DNA from: Atractiella rhizophila
Lineage: Eukaryota
Reading direction: 5' to 3'
Length of the DNA: 64,000 nt
NCBI GenBank assembly: GCA_021432655.1
Contig: MU271180.1
Location: 161,183-225,182 of the forward strand
Positions within the stretch are counted from its first letter, which is position 1. Each line of letters starts with the position of its first letter. The notes under the pieces were generated by a model, which saw nothing but the letters and a program-made list of their open reading frames with translations, was not told the DNA's origin and searched no databases. Made by a program: the position numbers and the translations under genes. This document shows, one piece after another, positions 13,062-25,849 of the stretch.

Positions 13062-16000
13062 TCAAACTTTCCTCCACCTCCTCCCAGCTTCCGCCTCCTT
13101 CCTCCACATCTCGTATTCCTCTCCTAGCACACCTAAGCTTTCAACCTCCAAATCCAGCGCTCTGACCACATTTTCCAAATAACCCAAATCCGCGGCCAGC
13201 TGCTGTGCTCCTTGTTGAGGCAAAGTGCTCGGGAGAGAGGGGAGGACGTTAGTGAGGAGATGATGGATCATCGAGATGGTAAGACTCATGAGATGCGATC
13301 CGAGCGCATGCTGTTCCGACGTCTCTCCATCACCTTCCGGTATTGATTGGGACTGCGAAGTCGAGAGAGATGGAGAAGGCGCTTCCAACATGCCTAACCT
13401 CGACGCTCGCTTGTTCAACCTCTCCTTCTCCTCTTCTTTTTCCCTCTCTTCCCTCAAAAATGGAAGTCCCTCCACTTCCCACCCGAGTGCATCTTCTTCC
13501 GCATGATAAATCTCAAATAGACGTGGGAGGTTTAGCAATCCATCCGCTACACGAGAGATGGTTTCGGAGGGAGAGAGGGAGAAAGTGGGTATGGGTAATT
13601 GTTCGAGTTGGTTCACCGGTTTGGGTAGATTGGGAGTAGTAAAGACGGGTAGTGAGGGATACGGTTTGAGGTGATTCTTGAGCGGACGGAGGATGCGAGA
13701 GTGCAATGCAAGTTGCAGAGCGCGCGTTAAGTCCTTCTCCTTCTTCATCGTCTGCAGCAACAAGACCGTCTTCTCGTCTCCCAATCCAAAAAAAAAAATC
13801 CTTCTCCTCTTCTTTTTCCCTCTCTTCCCTCAAAAATGGAAGTCCCTCCACTTCCCACCCGAGTGCATCTTCTTCCGCATGATAAATCTCAAACAGGCGT
13901 GGAAGGTTTAGCAATCCATCCGCTACACGAGAGATGGTTTCGGAGGGAGAGAGGGAGAAAGTGGGTATGGGTAATTGTTCGAGTTGGTTCGCCGGTTTGG
14001 GTAAATTGGGAGTAGTGAAGATGGGTAGTGAGGGATACGGTTTGAGGTGATTCTTGAGCGGACGGAGGATGCGAGAGTGCAATGCAAGTTGCAGAGCGCG
14101 CGTCAAGTCCTTCTCCTTCTTCATCGTCTGCAGCAACAAGACCGTCTTCTCGTCTCCCAATCCTTCTAAGAAATCCATCAGCCTCCTCTCCTCCTCCTCC
14201 AACCTCGCTTCATCCTCCACCTCGCTCCCAACGAGTACAGAGCGTTTGAGGATGGCCATACCCCCTCTAGTGATATTCATCGCCTTCCCTCCATTCGCTT
14301 CTCCTTTGCTCAGACTCTGTATCTCTCCGAGGATCTTACTCTTCACCTTCTTCTCCCACACACCTCTCTTCCCCACCCAACTTTTCACATCCCTCAGTCC
14401 CTCCAAAGCAACCTTAAAAGCCTCCCAATCCCTCTGCCTATACTCCAACCCCTCCACCTCCGCACTACTGCCACCTGTAGCACCAGCACCAGGGCCTCCG
14501 AATGCAAGTGCATCCCCATCCTCCCCAATCCTCCTCGCCACGTCTGCGACCAAGCCTCCCAGCCATTCAGCAACCGAACGATCCACGACTTCCTCCATCC
14601 ACTTCCTCCCCGCCCATCCCTTCGTAGCCTCCGCCACCCTCTCCCAACTCTCGTCCGCCGCCATCCACACCCCTCCGCTCTTCTCCACGCCTACGCCCAC
14701 TCCCGCCCACTTCGCCCTCCCACCGTCCCCATCCCTCTCCATCACATTCGTCGGCGCGTTCGGATTCGGCCGCGCAAGTTGGGTGCGAGCGCGATAATTC
14801 TCCCCACCTGGCAACGAAGACCTGAAATACGCTCTCTCGATGGAGAGATAAGAGTCTAGGAGAGGAAGGAAGGGGGAAAAGAACGCGATCTCCCACTCCG
14901 TCGGCTCCTCCTCCCCACTCGCCAACTGCATCTGCATCTCTCCCCGGTCCTCGTTCAACCCAGACGCCGCAGCGGTAGGTGTAGGGGGCATGAGGGCTCC
15001 GAGGCCAGTGATAGAAGCCTGACGACGGGATCTCGAGGGTGCTCCTGCTCCTGATCCTGTTGCTCCCGGCACGGCAGCGGAGGAAGCGGCTTGGGAGTGA
15101 GAATGGGTGTGTGACGCGCTGTTATCCCTCGAACGGGAGAGCGAGAACGACATCCGCTTCCCGCCGCCGGTGGTGGCGGTTGAAGGATTGGGGAAGGCGG
15201 ATGGGGAGAGCGGGCCGGCGATGGATTGGCGGTGGTGCGTGTGCGAGTGGTGGTGTCTGCGGCCGGGAACGGAGGTGGTTGAGCTTCCGCTCCTCAGTAG
15301 TGGCGGTTGCGCTTCTCCTGTGGATGAGGAGGAAGAGGGAGATATGGCGAGAGATATGGCGAGAGATGTGACTGTTCGTTCGCGGAGGAGGGCGATGAGA
15401 CGCTTCAAGGTTGTTCCTAGTGATTGAGATTGAGATTGGACGGAAGGGGAGAGTAGTCTTTCCACCTCTGCTTTCGTCGTTGCTTGCACTGCATGGAGTA
15501 TCGGTATTAAGAGACCCTCCCTCACTTGTACGTAAGGATTGACGGTATGTACGCTCGCGGAGAGGACAGACGGGAGATGTGTGCGAGTCTCGAGTGCGAG
15601 GAGGGAGAGGAGGTGGGCATGATGTGCCGACAGGAATGAGGGGAAGGTAGTAGTATCGTCTGTCGAGCTTTGGGATCGAGAGAGGGTGAAATCCTCCCAT
15701 TCCTTGAGTATAGAAAGCCGTCGAATGCCGAAATAGTATGACCAGAATTCGGAGACGCGACCTATGCGGAGGAAGATGGAGAAGTATGTCTTGAGTAGAT
15801 TGATGCTCGATTCGCTTAGCTTCTCCACTCCAGCTCCACCGACACCAACATTCGACGAAGGAGGAGTATCGGAGGCGGCGGTGACGAGGGCAGAGGAGAC
15901 AGAAGCCTCGAGCTGGTTCTTGAGCGAAGTGAGGATCGACAGCCGCTCTTCTTCCTTCGCACCTCCCACTCCCACACCCAAGGCGGCCGCAGAAGAATTA

Positions 16001-16638
16001 CTGGTAGAGCTCACCTCCTCCAGCCTCTCAGCAGCCTTCAAATACTCTCCCTCCCCAATCAACCCCGTCACCTCACTCTCCAGAGTGGACCAAGACGAAG
16101 CTTCGCGTTGAATTTCCCTCGTGAGTGTCAGGCGAGAGTTGAGCGTTGAGAGCAACGAGAGCTGCGAAAGGACCTGATTTATACCTCCTCCTTTTCCTAA
16201 GCCAGATCCAGTCCCATTCGAAGATGGAAAAGCGCCTTTGGACTGAAGCTGTTCGATGACAGCCTCGAGCGACTTGACATTTTCCCTGAATATCTCGATG
16301 TCGAACTTCTCGACGCGCGGGAGGGAGCGCTGGATGGACTCGAGCGTGTTGTCGAGTGTGGCGTTGAGCGTGGAGTGGGTGTGGGCGAGATGGGCAGACA
16401 GGGAGGAGAGGGTGGAGTCGAGCGAGTGGAGGGTCGATGACGGGGCAAGGAGGGAGTTGAGGTAGATGTGTGGGGGTGAGGTTGGCGCAGGGAAGGACAC
16501 CTGAAGTTGTCTTGTCAGGGAAACAGCACAATCATACCATAATAGAGGGAGTGGCTCACCACACCAATCGTCGTTTCTGGTCGTTTGCTTTGCTGGACGT
16601 GACCACTTCCCGGTTTGCAAACAACGTGATCTCAACAT
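13062..16638 (-). CDS. COG7: Conserved oligomeric Golgi complex subunit 7-like protein; interrupted in this sequence by a 376-bp internal duplication; start uncertain
   Basis: N-terminal coiled coil (LESIQRSLPRV, REASSWSTLESEV, LKNQLEA) and C-terminal PTFSLSPSETISRVADGLLNLPRLFE and QQLAADLGYLENVVRAL resemble COG7. Removing one repeat unit joins the two ORFs in frame. Confidence 0.75.
13423..14163. repeat. 376-bp-period tandem duplication inside COG7 with an A11 linker (13788-13798)
   Basis: 13423-13787 matches 13799-14163 apart from a few SNPs. Confidence 0.9.
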
Positions 16639-16925
16639 GATTTCTGTCGCTTTGGCTTATTTTATCCTTGCTTTCACGCTATAGCCTTTAGCAATAGCAA
16701 GCTGGTGATATCTAGAAAGAGGCTGAAGCGTTTAGTACTGCTGAGATGACAGAGGGGAGTTGCCATTTACTCAATTACTGTTTAAATATCTACTATACTA
16801 ATGCTAATGTGCTTTATCTACTACGTAGTATAGAGGAATGTCTACCAAAAACTGAGTTGCAGCTCGAAATAAGTTAGTTGTAAAAAAACGAATCGTTTCG
16901 CTCATAATTGAAAGCGAATCTAAGT

Positions 16926-19900
16926 CTATCGCAGCCGCGATATTTTTTCTAACCAAGAGGAAACAGTGCTCGATTTCGTCGGTTCTTGACTAGTGTCGGC
17001 ATTTGCAGGGGGGGAGAGTGGAGTTACTTGATCCGAATCAGTAACGTTTTCGTTGTGGGAAGAGGAGGATGATATGTCCTCAGTAGCAACTGAGGATTCG
17101 AAAGAGCCTGTCGAGGCATCACGATGTGCAGACGACGACCCGATGTTGGATGCCGCATTGTCAGTTGAAAGAGAAGGTACCTTTTCGTTTTGACTGGAGG
17201 TCGAGACAGGTGGAGGACTGTCAGATGAGCGGGAAGCGGCCTTATAGGCTAGGTGAGGTGGGAGTTCCCTCTCCATGTCCGGATCCACAATCTCGTTCTT
17301 CTTCCCCGTTGCCTGATTGTAGGCTTTCAGAGATAGCTGTCGAATTTCGTGGACCATACGTGGCGGGTCGTTGGTATAACTGTGTCCAGGACTTGAAACG
17401 TTACAGCCATCATCAGCGTGAATCTTGCATATCAAAAAAGAAGTGAAAAGAAGACGCACAGAAGCATTATCCTATTCCTCTTCTCCCTCGTCCCAATCCA
17501 CACCTGCTCCTCCACACCTTCAAGCGCCATCTCCACCTCCTCATCCAACAGATTCGGAGGCAAAAAGTGAGATCTTGCGACTTTATCGAGCATCAGATCA
17601 TGTCGTCTTTTCACCGTTTTAACCTCACTCTCCACCTCGATGCTCATCTTCACCGTCCACTCGATCCCATCCAGCGAACCCCCGTCTGCAAAATTGGTGA
17701 AGGAGACGTCTCTACCGACGTGGCGCCCGTTGAGGTAGGACTCGGTTTTGATCCGCATACATACTCGTTTGTCAGGATCTGAAGTCGGATTGACGAAGAC
17801 CGCCAAACGGTTACCTGTCCCGTCGAAGACCAGTCTCACGTTCTATCGCCAAGTCAAAAGGAGGATCAGTTACAGCTTTTGGAGGAGAAGATGAGGTACG
17901 CACTTCTCTCGGAAACATCGCGGTCGCTTCCACCAACACCCTCTCCAACAGCGCGGTACAGAGTCCAAAAGCCTGCTCAGCCTGCTGCACGCTCCCACAG
18001 GTAGCAGCGTCCATATCCTCGAGAGGTATATACTGGAACCCAAACCACTGTTTTCCATTATGATGCGCACAAAAGATGCCATCCATATTCCCAAGGCGGG
18101 CTTGAAAGGAGTATTTGAGGAAGGCGTTCCGGATGAGATCAAAGTATTCTCGCTCAAATGATTCAAGCTCGCCTTCGCGTGTCGTTAGGCGGTAATACAT
18201 TCCGGTCTACATCGTCGCAACGAATCAGGGAGAAGGGAAACGAGGGATGAAGATAAAGGACGAACCTGGTAGTTCATTGGGTCTATTCGTAAAGGCATAA
18301 CAGGTCGCGTTTTGACGTCGAAAGCGGGTTTGGGCAAGTTTGGATTCCAACTATCGAGCTGTGAGCGAACGATGAGTCGCCCCACCTGTCGTCGATTTAT
18401 CAGTCTATGATTGCATAAGTAAAGAGGAGGATAATGAGCGCACTCTAGAATAGTGGTATACATGTTCCAGCTTCTCTGGCTGACTTTCTTTCGGGCGGGT
18501 GAGCAGATAATCCTCGAATTTGTCTCCTTCTGAAGTCAAGAGAGCTTCACCTAAGGTGCCCTACGAAAGACCACAGATTTGAGACCTACGAAGACTGATC
18601 GAAGAAAGGAAACTGACGAATTTAGAGAGCATATTGAACCAATGAACACCCGGCATAGCATCCGCATCCCTCTCCGTGTCCCACTTCGCCGCATCCACAG
18701 CGTACCTCCCTCCCCCACCGTCCTCTCCCTCTCCGCCAGATTTGATCCACACCAACTCCACCGCCGCCGGCTTCAACGCTCCACTCCCAAACGGCGTCTT
18801 CGATTCCCTAAACGAGGCATGTTTCAACATGGAATAGTTCGGTCCGGCCCTACTGAGTGATATGAAGATCTGTTCGAGAGGTCCTCCGACCTGGCTCGTC
18901 GACGAGACGAACATCGGCCCTGCTTCCTGGCGCGTGTGCTCTTTAGACTGCGAGTCTGCTCCTGCTCCCGCTCCAGCTTCCCGTTCTGACGGACAGCCGA
19001 CCGGGACGAGGTCGAGGAGCTGCAGCAGTTTCTTGTCGCAAGATGGTTTGGTGAAGGATCCAATGACGTCCCAATCGACGTCCTCGAGCGGCGGTATCTC
19101 TACCGGGATATCAAAGTTCTTCACACCAGTCCTCGGGTCGACGAGCATGTGCAAGCCGGGATTGGTGAGGCAGCGTTCGAGGGCGTGTTTGAGGCGTGGG
19201 AGGGTGGGGAAGTTGGGATGGGGAAGAAGGGGTTCGAGCGAGAGTGGCTCCAGCCTCTTGTTGGTGCTATTGCCGTTCGTTCGGGATATAGTGGCCTTTT
19301 GAAATTCCATCCCTGGAGCTAGCGGCGGGAGAGACGAAGATGCTGGGTCCTCTGATATAGAACTTGCGAGAGCACTACCATTGCGTTCCCGCTTCTGCTT
19401 CCCTGCCCTCGGATGCGATCCCGTCTCCGTCTCTCCGTCCACTCCCTTCACACTCAGCATCTGCTTCGACAGCTCAAACAAGAAGCTCGCAGCCATGGGA
19501 TAACCCTCTCCTTCCTGTTGTTGCAGCACGCCTGATTGGTGCCCAATTTCCGAAGAGGCGGAGGGGGTGGCTAGGTAGGAGGGATGCAGGATGGCCTCAG
19601 TGCCCAAGTGGAAGTCGGGTATGGAAGTTTTGGGGGTTGAAGCGGTCTGTAGACGTCTGTTGTTCGGACATCCGTACGGCGTCAGCAAGGGAAGTTGAAG
19701 CGTCGTCTTCATGGCTATGGCTCGTACTCGCATTGTCCATCAATACCGTACCTGTTTGGACAGCCTTGAATAGGGACCTAATCAACCAACCAACACGTGG
19801 AGTTAAATTCTCCCAGTTTGAAGAGGAGAGAGAAAGTGAGAAAGAAAGGAGGGCAAACATTCTCTTCTCCCGCAGCGCTTTCCTACTCCTCCAAGACTCC

Positions 19901-20893
19901 GGCTTCAACCTGCTCTGCAGCGTGAAGATCCGACCCCTCAGCCTCTGTATCCTCCTGTCCTTCTCCGGCGCCACCATCTTCCCCTCCAACACCACTATCT
20001 GCTTCCTCAGTTTGGCTATTTTCTTGAGCACCGCTTCTTCGTACTCTTTATAGTCGTCGCTTTCTCTTATTTCTTCCGCGTCGTCTCCTTCCGCCAATTG
20101 TCCGTTTTTGATATTGCGTGGGAGGTGGTACCGATGTTGATGCTGATGCTGAGGGTGATGTTGATGGTGCTTGCGATGAAGGAGTGAGCGAATTGATACC
20201 CGTACCAAAAGCGCGATACGACGAAAGGCCTTCAGCTCTCCACTGTACCTCCTTCACTCTACTTCCCTCCTCCTCCAGCTCCTCCTTTTCTTTACTACGT
20301 TCGATACGACCTTCCTCACGCCCGCGCTCCACAGCATGAACCGCAAGCCTCAAGAACGACCTCATAGCCCTCGCCTCGGATCGAAGCTGTTTCTCTATCT
20401 GCCGAAGATCGCGAAGGTCACCCATGATGCGATGGATGAGGCGTTGGATGTCATGTCGTGCATTTCCGAGCTCTCCTCCTCCTCTCCCTTCTACTTCTCC
20501 ACTTCCACTTCCGTCTGCATTTTCTTTTCCCTTTTCATTTTCATTTTCGTTTTGGTTTTCGAGCCGACTTCCACTCCCTCTTCTACTTTGTTCTTCAGCC
20601 ATCCTCCCAACAAATCCACTCCTGACCACCCCACTAGTACGTCGTCCGCCTCTTCCTCTTCTACTGCTGCCAATGGCGGCCATGTGACCTAGCGAAGAAA
20701 CGGGAGGAGCAGATGCCTGACTGGGGAGGGAGGTCGGCGTTGGAGCGAGGCTGGTGTTGGATGACGGAACTGGTGAGGAATGCAAGGAAGCGAGGGAGGA
20801 GGAATGGAACGCTCCATAGGTATACATTGCCGTTGATGTGCTACTGTGGATGGCGCTGGTCGACGCGTGGAGGAAGCTGGAGAGACGCTTCAT
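16926..20893 (-). CDS. PET127: Mitochondrial RNA 5'-processing nuclease Pet127-like, copy A (multi-exon; apparent 1-nt frameshifts near 20105 and 19635)
   Basis: FDVKTR..PLRID, ESFEREYFDLIRNAFLKYSFQARLGNMDGIF and FGFQYIPLEDMD match the Pet127 core. The N-terminus is Ser/Arg-rich like a presequence. Confidence 0.85.
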
Positions 20894-21658
20894 TACGCTT
20901 TCGACAAAATATAAGACGTGTATTATAATCTTTATGAAAACATTTGTTTCGCGTCCAAATATCAGAGATAGAGATGAGATAGGAATAGCCCTGGATATAA
21001 TAGCTAGGCACCACTGTGCAAAAATGTCAAGGAGTCATGGTGTTGAGCGCATGACTCATATTTGGAGTTCATTCAACTTCAACTCACATTGTGCTTCTTT
21101 GACCGTGAACGTTGGAGGTGCTCACTCTACGCAAAGCAAACCAACTTCAACAATCGACGACGAGAGCTTTGTTTGTTAAGGAAAACCGTCATCTCAAATA
21201 CTCAAGTGATTGGGAGAGTATATTTCCGTTGGCGAGCACGGAAAGTCTCTGGTTCCAGTTCCTCCGTCAGTATTCTCCTTTTATGGCGGAAAGGGATGCA
21301 AGTGGGAGCGATCTTAATAAACGCCTGACTACCGTTGAACTTTTTTATAGAGGTCGAAGCAGAGCAGTCTTGCGTTCGCGATCTCGAGTTTCATCTGTCA
21401 CAGTGAACGTACGTGTGGAGGGAGGAATGGATTCCAAATAGCCTCTACGTCTCTTTGTGGAGAATATTAGTTGTGGTATCCATGAAATACCCAGATGGGA
21501 AATAATTGAGCGGCAAGGCGGTTTGATTGATGAACTCGCCAACATGCTGATTATCTGCAAACCATGGAAGCTGATGAAATTGGTGCTAGGACCCATTCGA
21601 ACTCACGCATTTTTCTTCTTCCTTCAAATTTTGGCACTATTGACGCTTCCGACCCTTG

Positions 21659-23598
21659 ATGTCAACGATCGCCTTGCAATCTAACCCTTTTACTGCCGCC
21701 CATATGTCTGCAGATCATTCTGTCAAGATCTTCAAGGTCCCTGAGACCATCAAGAAAGTGAATCCCTTGGGATTGCGGATCCTTTGCATTGACAGCGGGG
21801 ACATGCGCTCCTTCTCTGTGCCGTACATGCTGGAACACATCATGACTCAAGTTGCACATCTTCTCGACGTGCCTAATAACGAAGAGCTTCGTCCCTGCGA
21901 TATATTTGATCTAATCTGCGGAACTTCAACCGGTGGATGGATCGCGCTCATGCTCGGGAGGCTGGGCATGACCGTTCGCCAGTGCATTACGGCATGTGAA
22001 GAGATCACACAGAAAGTTTTTCAAAAAAATGACTCGATCTCCAGTGGCGAGTACGCTTACTCGGCGGAAAAGCTTGAAGAGACTTTTATCGCTATCATCC
22101 AGCAGCATATGAGCACTTCTCACGATTCTGCGAAATCGCTATCTATGAAAGATGCATCCTGGCATGACAGGTGTAAAACTTTTGTAGTTTCTGCCTACGA
22201 GGCCAACGTCGCCGTTTCCACGGAGATGCGCACCTATGATATTCCTGGTGCTTTATCCTCTCCGGACTCCCCTGCTTCTACCTGTATGGTCTGGGAAGCT
22301 GCAAGAGCGACTGCTGCCCGTCATCCCTTCTTTCCTCCTATCAACGTGGATAAAACCATGTACGTTAATCCAGGTCTTGGCAACCCTGCAGCAACAGCCC
22401 TTGAAGAAGTGGAGCGAATCTGGGGACGCAGTAGTGAGATCGCCTGCCTTGTGTCTCTCGGCTGTGGCATTACACCTGCCATCAAATTAGGCCGTATTCA
22501 AGATGATGTTGAGCAAGCATTGGAGGCAATAGTCATGAATTGCTCAAGGATTTCGAACGAGGTGAAGATGAGGATGCGAGAACGCAGCATGGGGCATTGC
22601 TACCACCGTTTCGCAGTCGATACGTTTCAAGATTTCAAGAGACAGGACTGGGAGCGAAAGAATGATGTTGTAGGCTCTACAAAGGCTTACATGGAAGCGA
22701 TGAATCATGACGTATTGAGTGTTGCTCGTTCTCTGGTAAAAGGTATATTCGTCATCCTTGGTATTTGCATGCTAACTTTTGTTCATTAGAATATAAAGAT
22801 CGTTTCGCCCGGTATCGGAAGATTCCTTTACCTCCTCCAACGGCTTGTTATGGGAGAGAAGAGGAAGTTGGGAAGGCGATAGAAGTCATCCTTACCGACA
22901 AGAAACACCTTGCTATTATTGGTGGCACAGGCAGTGGCAAATCTACCGTGGCATTGGAAGTCATCCACGCGGAAGACATCAAGAATGCATTTACGACCGT
23001 AACAGGTGGTCAAGAAGAAGACTTTCGCTTTTGGGCGAGATGTGATGCCTTCTCCACCTTCTCCTCTCTCACCACCCACCTTTGCAGGAACGTTTTTGGA
23101 TTAGCTCCTCCGCCTGGCGAAGATGAGCTTAGTGCTGTAGCACAATATTTCAACACTTACAAGTGCCTGCTTATCCTCGATAGCTTTGAGACCCCCGTGC
23201 GGTCTGATACCAATAACCTGCAGCGATTCTTCCAGACTATTTTTGCCACCGAATGTGCTTCTGGTTCCATTCTTGTCATAGTCCATCGTGGCCATCAAGT
23301 TGAACCTGTAAACTTGACAGGAGTGAGATTTCAAGAACTGGTGATTGCAGGCTTGAGCGAAACTAGCGTGCTCAACATGTTCGAACACATGTACTTCGCG
23401 GAAAGAGGACATTATTCCCATGAAGATGAACAGCTGGTCAAGACAATTGGCGCCAAGCTGGATCATCATGCCTTGTCTATCAAGCTCTTCATTCTTCGTG
23501 CAAATGATGAATCGACTAAGACCTTAGCGGGTTTGGTGAGCGAATGGGAGGCAAAGAAGACCAGCATGCTCTGGCGTGGAGATAGTGAAGAGATCTGA
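21659..23598 (+). pseudogene. Truncated patatin + NB (STAND P-loop) NLR-like gene, copy A; intron 22743-22789
   Basis: Patatin motifs FDLICGTSTGG and VWEAARATAA, Walker A GGTGSGKST, Walker B LLILDS. It stops where copy B continues into helical and TPR domains. Confidence 0.8.
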
Positions 23599-24833
23599 TG
23601 GACATTATTGCATTCTCATTTCTCACAACCTATGTCATTTCGGTCTTGTGACCTTTTCTCTTTCTCTTTCTATCTTGTATTGCTTGATAATTGGCTCAAG
23701 GAAGGGCAAAAAAACAACTGTGATAATTTCTCACAAATATGTAAGACCCCTGCATTGTGAGTCCCATCACTTTTGTGGCTCGCATTTGCAGCTAAAGTTG
23801 TTTCTCTTAAGTAAGATTGAAATGTATTCTCATTGCTTTTCTTTTGTGGCTCGCATGTGAGATCCATATTTCGTCAAGACCCACACGCCTGCAAACGAAA
23901 TAAAGAAGCCAACGAGCTGACTCAATCATAGCGCTATAGTGTTAGCTCCTAGGCGTCTATAGTGACCAGGTGACAAGAACCCTATGAGCTATCATGATGA
24001 GATTAGGAGTGCGTGGCGAGACCGAAATAAGCAGTGGGTCTCGCACTTGCAGGGCAATTCTTCTTATAGCAAAGAAAGCTGAGTAATAAGAAAGCGCAAG
24101 CAAAGTGTGAAAGAAAGCCTTAAGACACACCAAACGTGATGGCAGGAGGAGGCGCAAGTGCTCCTGTGGCGTCCATAGGGCTCAGAGCTCCATAGATACC
24201 CGTCCAGAAAGTGCTGATGTGAAGGTCCTCATTCTTCTCAAGCAGCAGTGAATCAAGTGAAAACGATATTGAAGTTATAGGATCCTTCTTGTACTTTGTG
24301 ACATATATGCAACGAAATCCATTATATTAATCAAGACACTCTCATAGTTTACACATGTTGCACTGTAAACTTGAATCATTTGCCTGTTCTATCACATCCC
24401 ATCACCACCTCCTATCCAGCCTACAGTTTCACCATTCTAATGTTTAAGACAACCTTTCGGTTTAAGGAAAAATATGAGGAAAGAGGGAGGTAGATTGGAT
24501 GTTGTGGGTTGTGTGGAGCCGATCTGCACTAAACAGGGCAGGTTGACACAAAGGTTGACAAACGCATTGCCAAAGTGCCTTTGAGCTAAAGGACTTTGGA
24601 AGAAATATAGACTCATAAATAGTGCACAGATCTATGTCAGCAATGTAGCTCAAGTAGATTGAAATATTTTCATGTCACTTTGCTCCTTCCTCAACTCAGA
24701 TTAGGACTGCCATTAGAATGATGACCATACTCACTAGATTTCAAGCTGAATACTAGAACATTTGAGGGTCTGTGGTCCCAACACAGCTTGAACAGTCCAA
24801 GTCGCTTCAATGACCATCTGTTGACTCCCGGGC

Positions 24834-25720
24834 GTTAGGGCTGACACTATGTACAGTCGCCAATGGGTGATGCCTCTGTAGTGGAGATAAACCTAAGAAT
24901 AATATGACATGAGAAGACTAACCTGTAGTGGAGATAAACCTAAGAGAATACTCTAAGGTCATCACCACTACATCTTGATTTATATTTACATATGTAAGGG
25001 CACTACCATGAACTGTAAAGTGTGTCTCATGAAACATATAGAATGGCTGGATCATGAAAGCGACAAAGGGAATAATCAGAAATAAGACAATTGAGAAAGG
25101 ATGTCAAATGAAAACGGTGATGGTGCAGACCGACGAAACGTACAAGGCTTACTGAGCGGCGATTTGTATGAGAAGAGGGAAAGTGGTGATGGATAGACAC
25201 ATGATCCTATGAAGTAGGAAAGGTAGGTCACATGACTTAGGCCGGTGCATTTTGGTAATGTGCAGGAGCAAGCCTGTGTTAGGGCAAACACTATGTGCGG
25301 TCGCCGATGGGCGATGTGTCTGTAGTGGAGGTAAACCTAAGAGAATACTCTAAGGTCACCACCACTACGTCTCGATGTATATATACATAAGTAAAGGCAC
25401 TGCCATAAACTGTAACATACGTTGCTTGAAACGTGTAAGATAGCTAGATCAGGAAAGTAATAAAGGGAATACTCGGAAATAAGATATACTGGGTAGTACT
25501 AGTCAGAAAGGACAATAAGGCGAAAATGGAGACGGTGCAGATGCAGACCGGCGAAATGTACAAGGTTTGCTGAGCGGCGATTCGTGTGAGGAATGGAAAA
25601 GCGGCGAACAGCGCAGACCTGTACAGTGCGACAATGGGTAGGTATGTGATCTCATGATAAGTAAGGTAGGTCACGTGACCTCAGATAGTGCATTTCGGTA
25701 ATGCGTGGGGCAAGCCTGAC
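24834..25720. repeat. Two diverged ~445-bp direct repeats plus a partial internal repeat, each unit with a hairpin GTAGTGG..AGAG-AATA-CTCT..CCACTAC
   Basis: The motif tgtagtggagrtaaacctaag occurs at ~24876, ~24924 and ~25321, and gttagggc..acactatg at 24834 and 25278. Confidence 0.75.
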
Positions 25721-25849
25721 AGCCTGATCCTGGGACCTCGTTTTACCTGCATGCATTCAAGGAAATTGAAGAGAATGTAAGCAGATCCTTCATGTCATGC
25801 GAGCAAGTGGGACAGAGGCGGATGGAGTGGTGTCACAGACACACATGAT

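Larger units (their letters stand above)
8334..13517. repeat. Tandem duplication ~2.6 kb (8334-10913 vs 10914-13517)
   Basis: Repeated ORFs 8365/10952 and 10458/13062. The junction at ~10913 joins the COG7 3' end to the MFS 5' end. Confidence 0.9.

Noticed and set aside
24870..25370. CRISPR-like repeated hairpin motif
   Set aside because: Only three irregularly spaced copies inside larger direct repeats, in a eukaryotic context with no cas genes.
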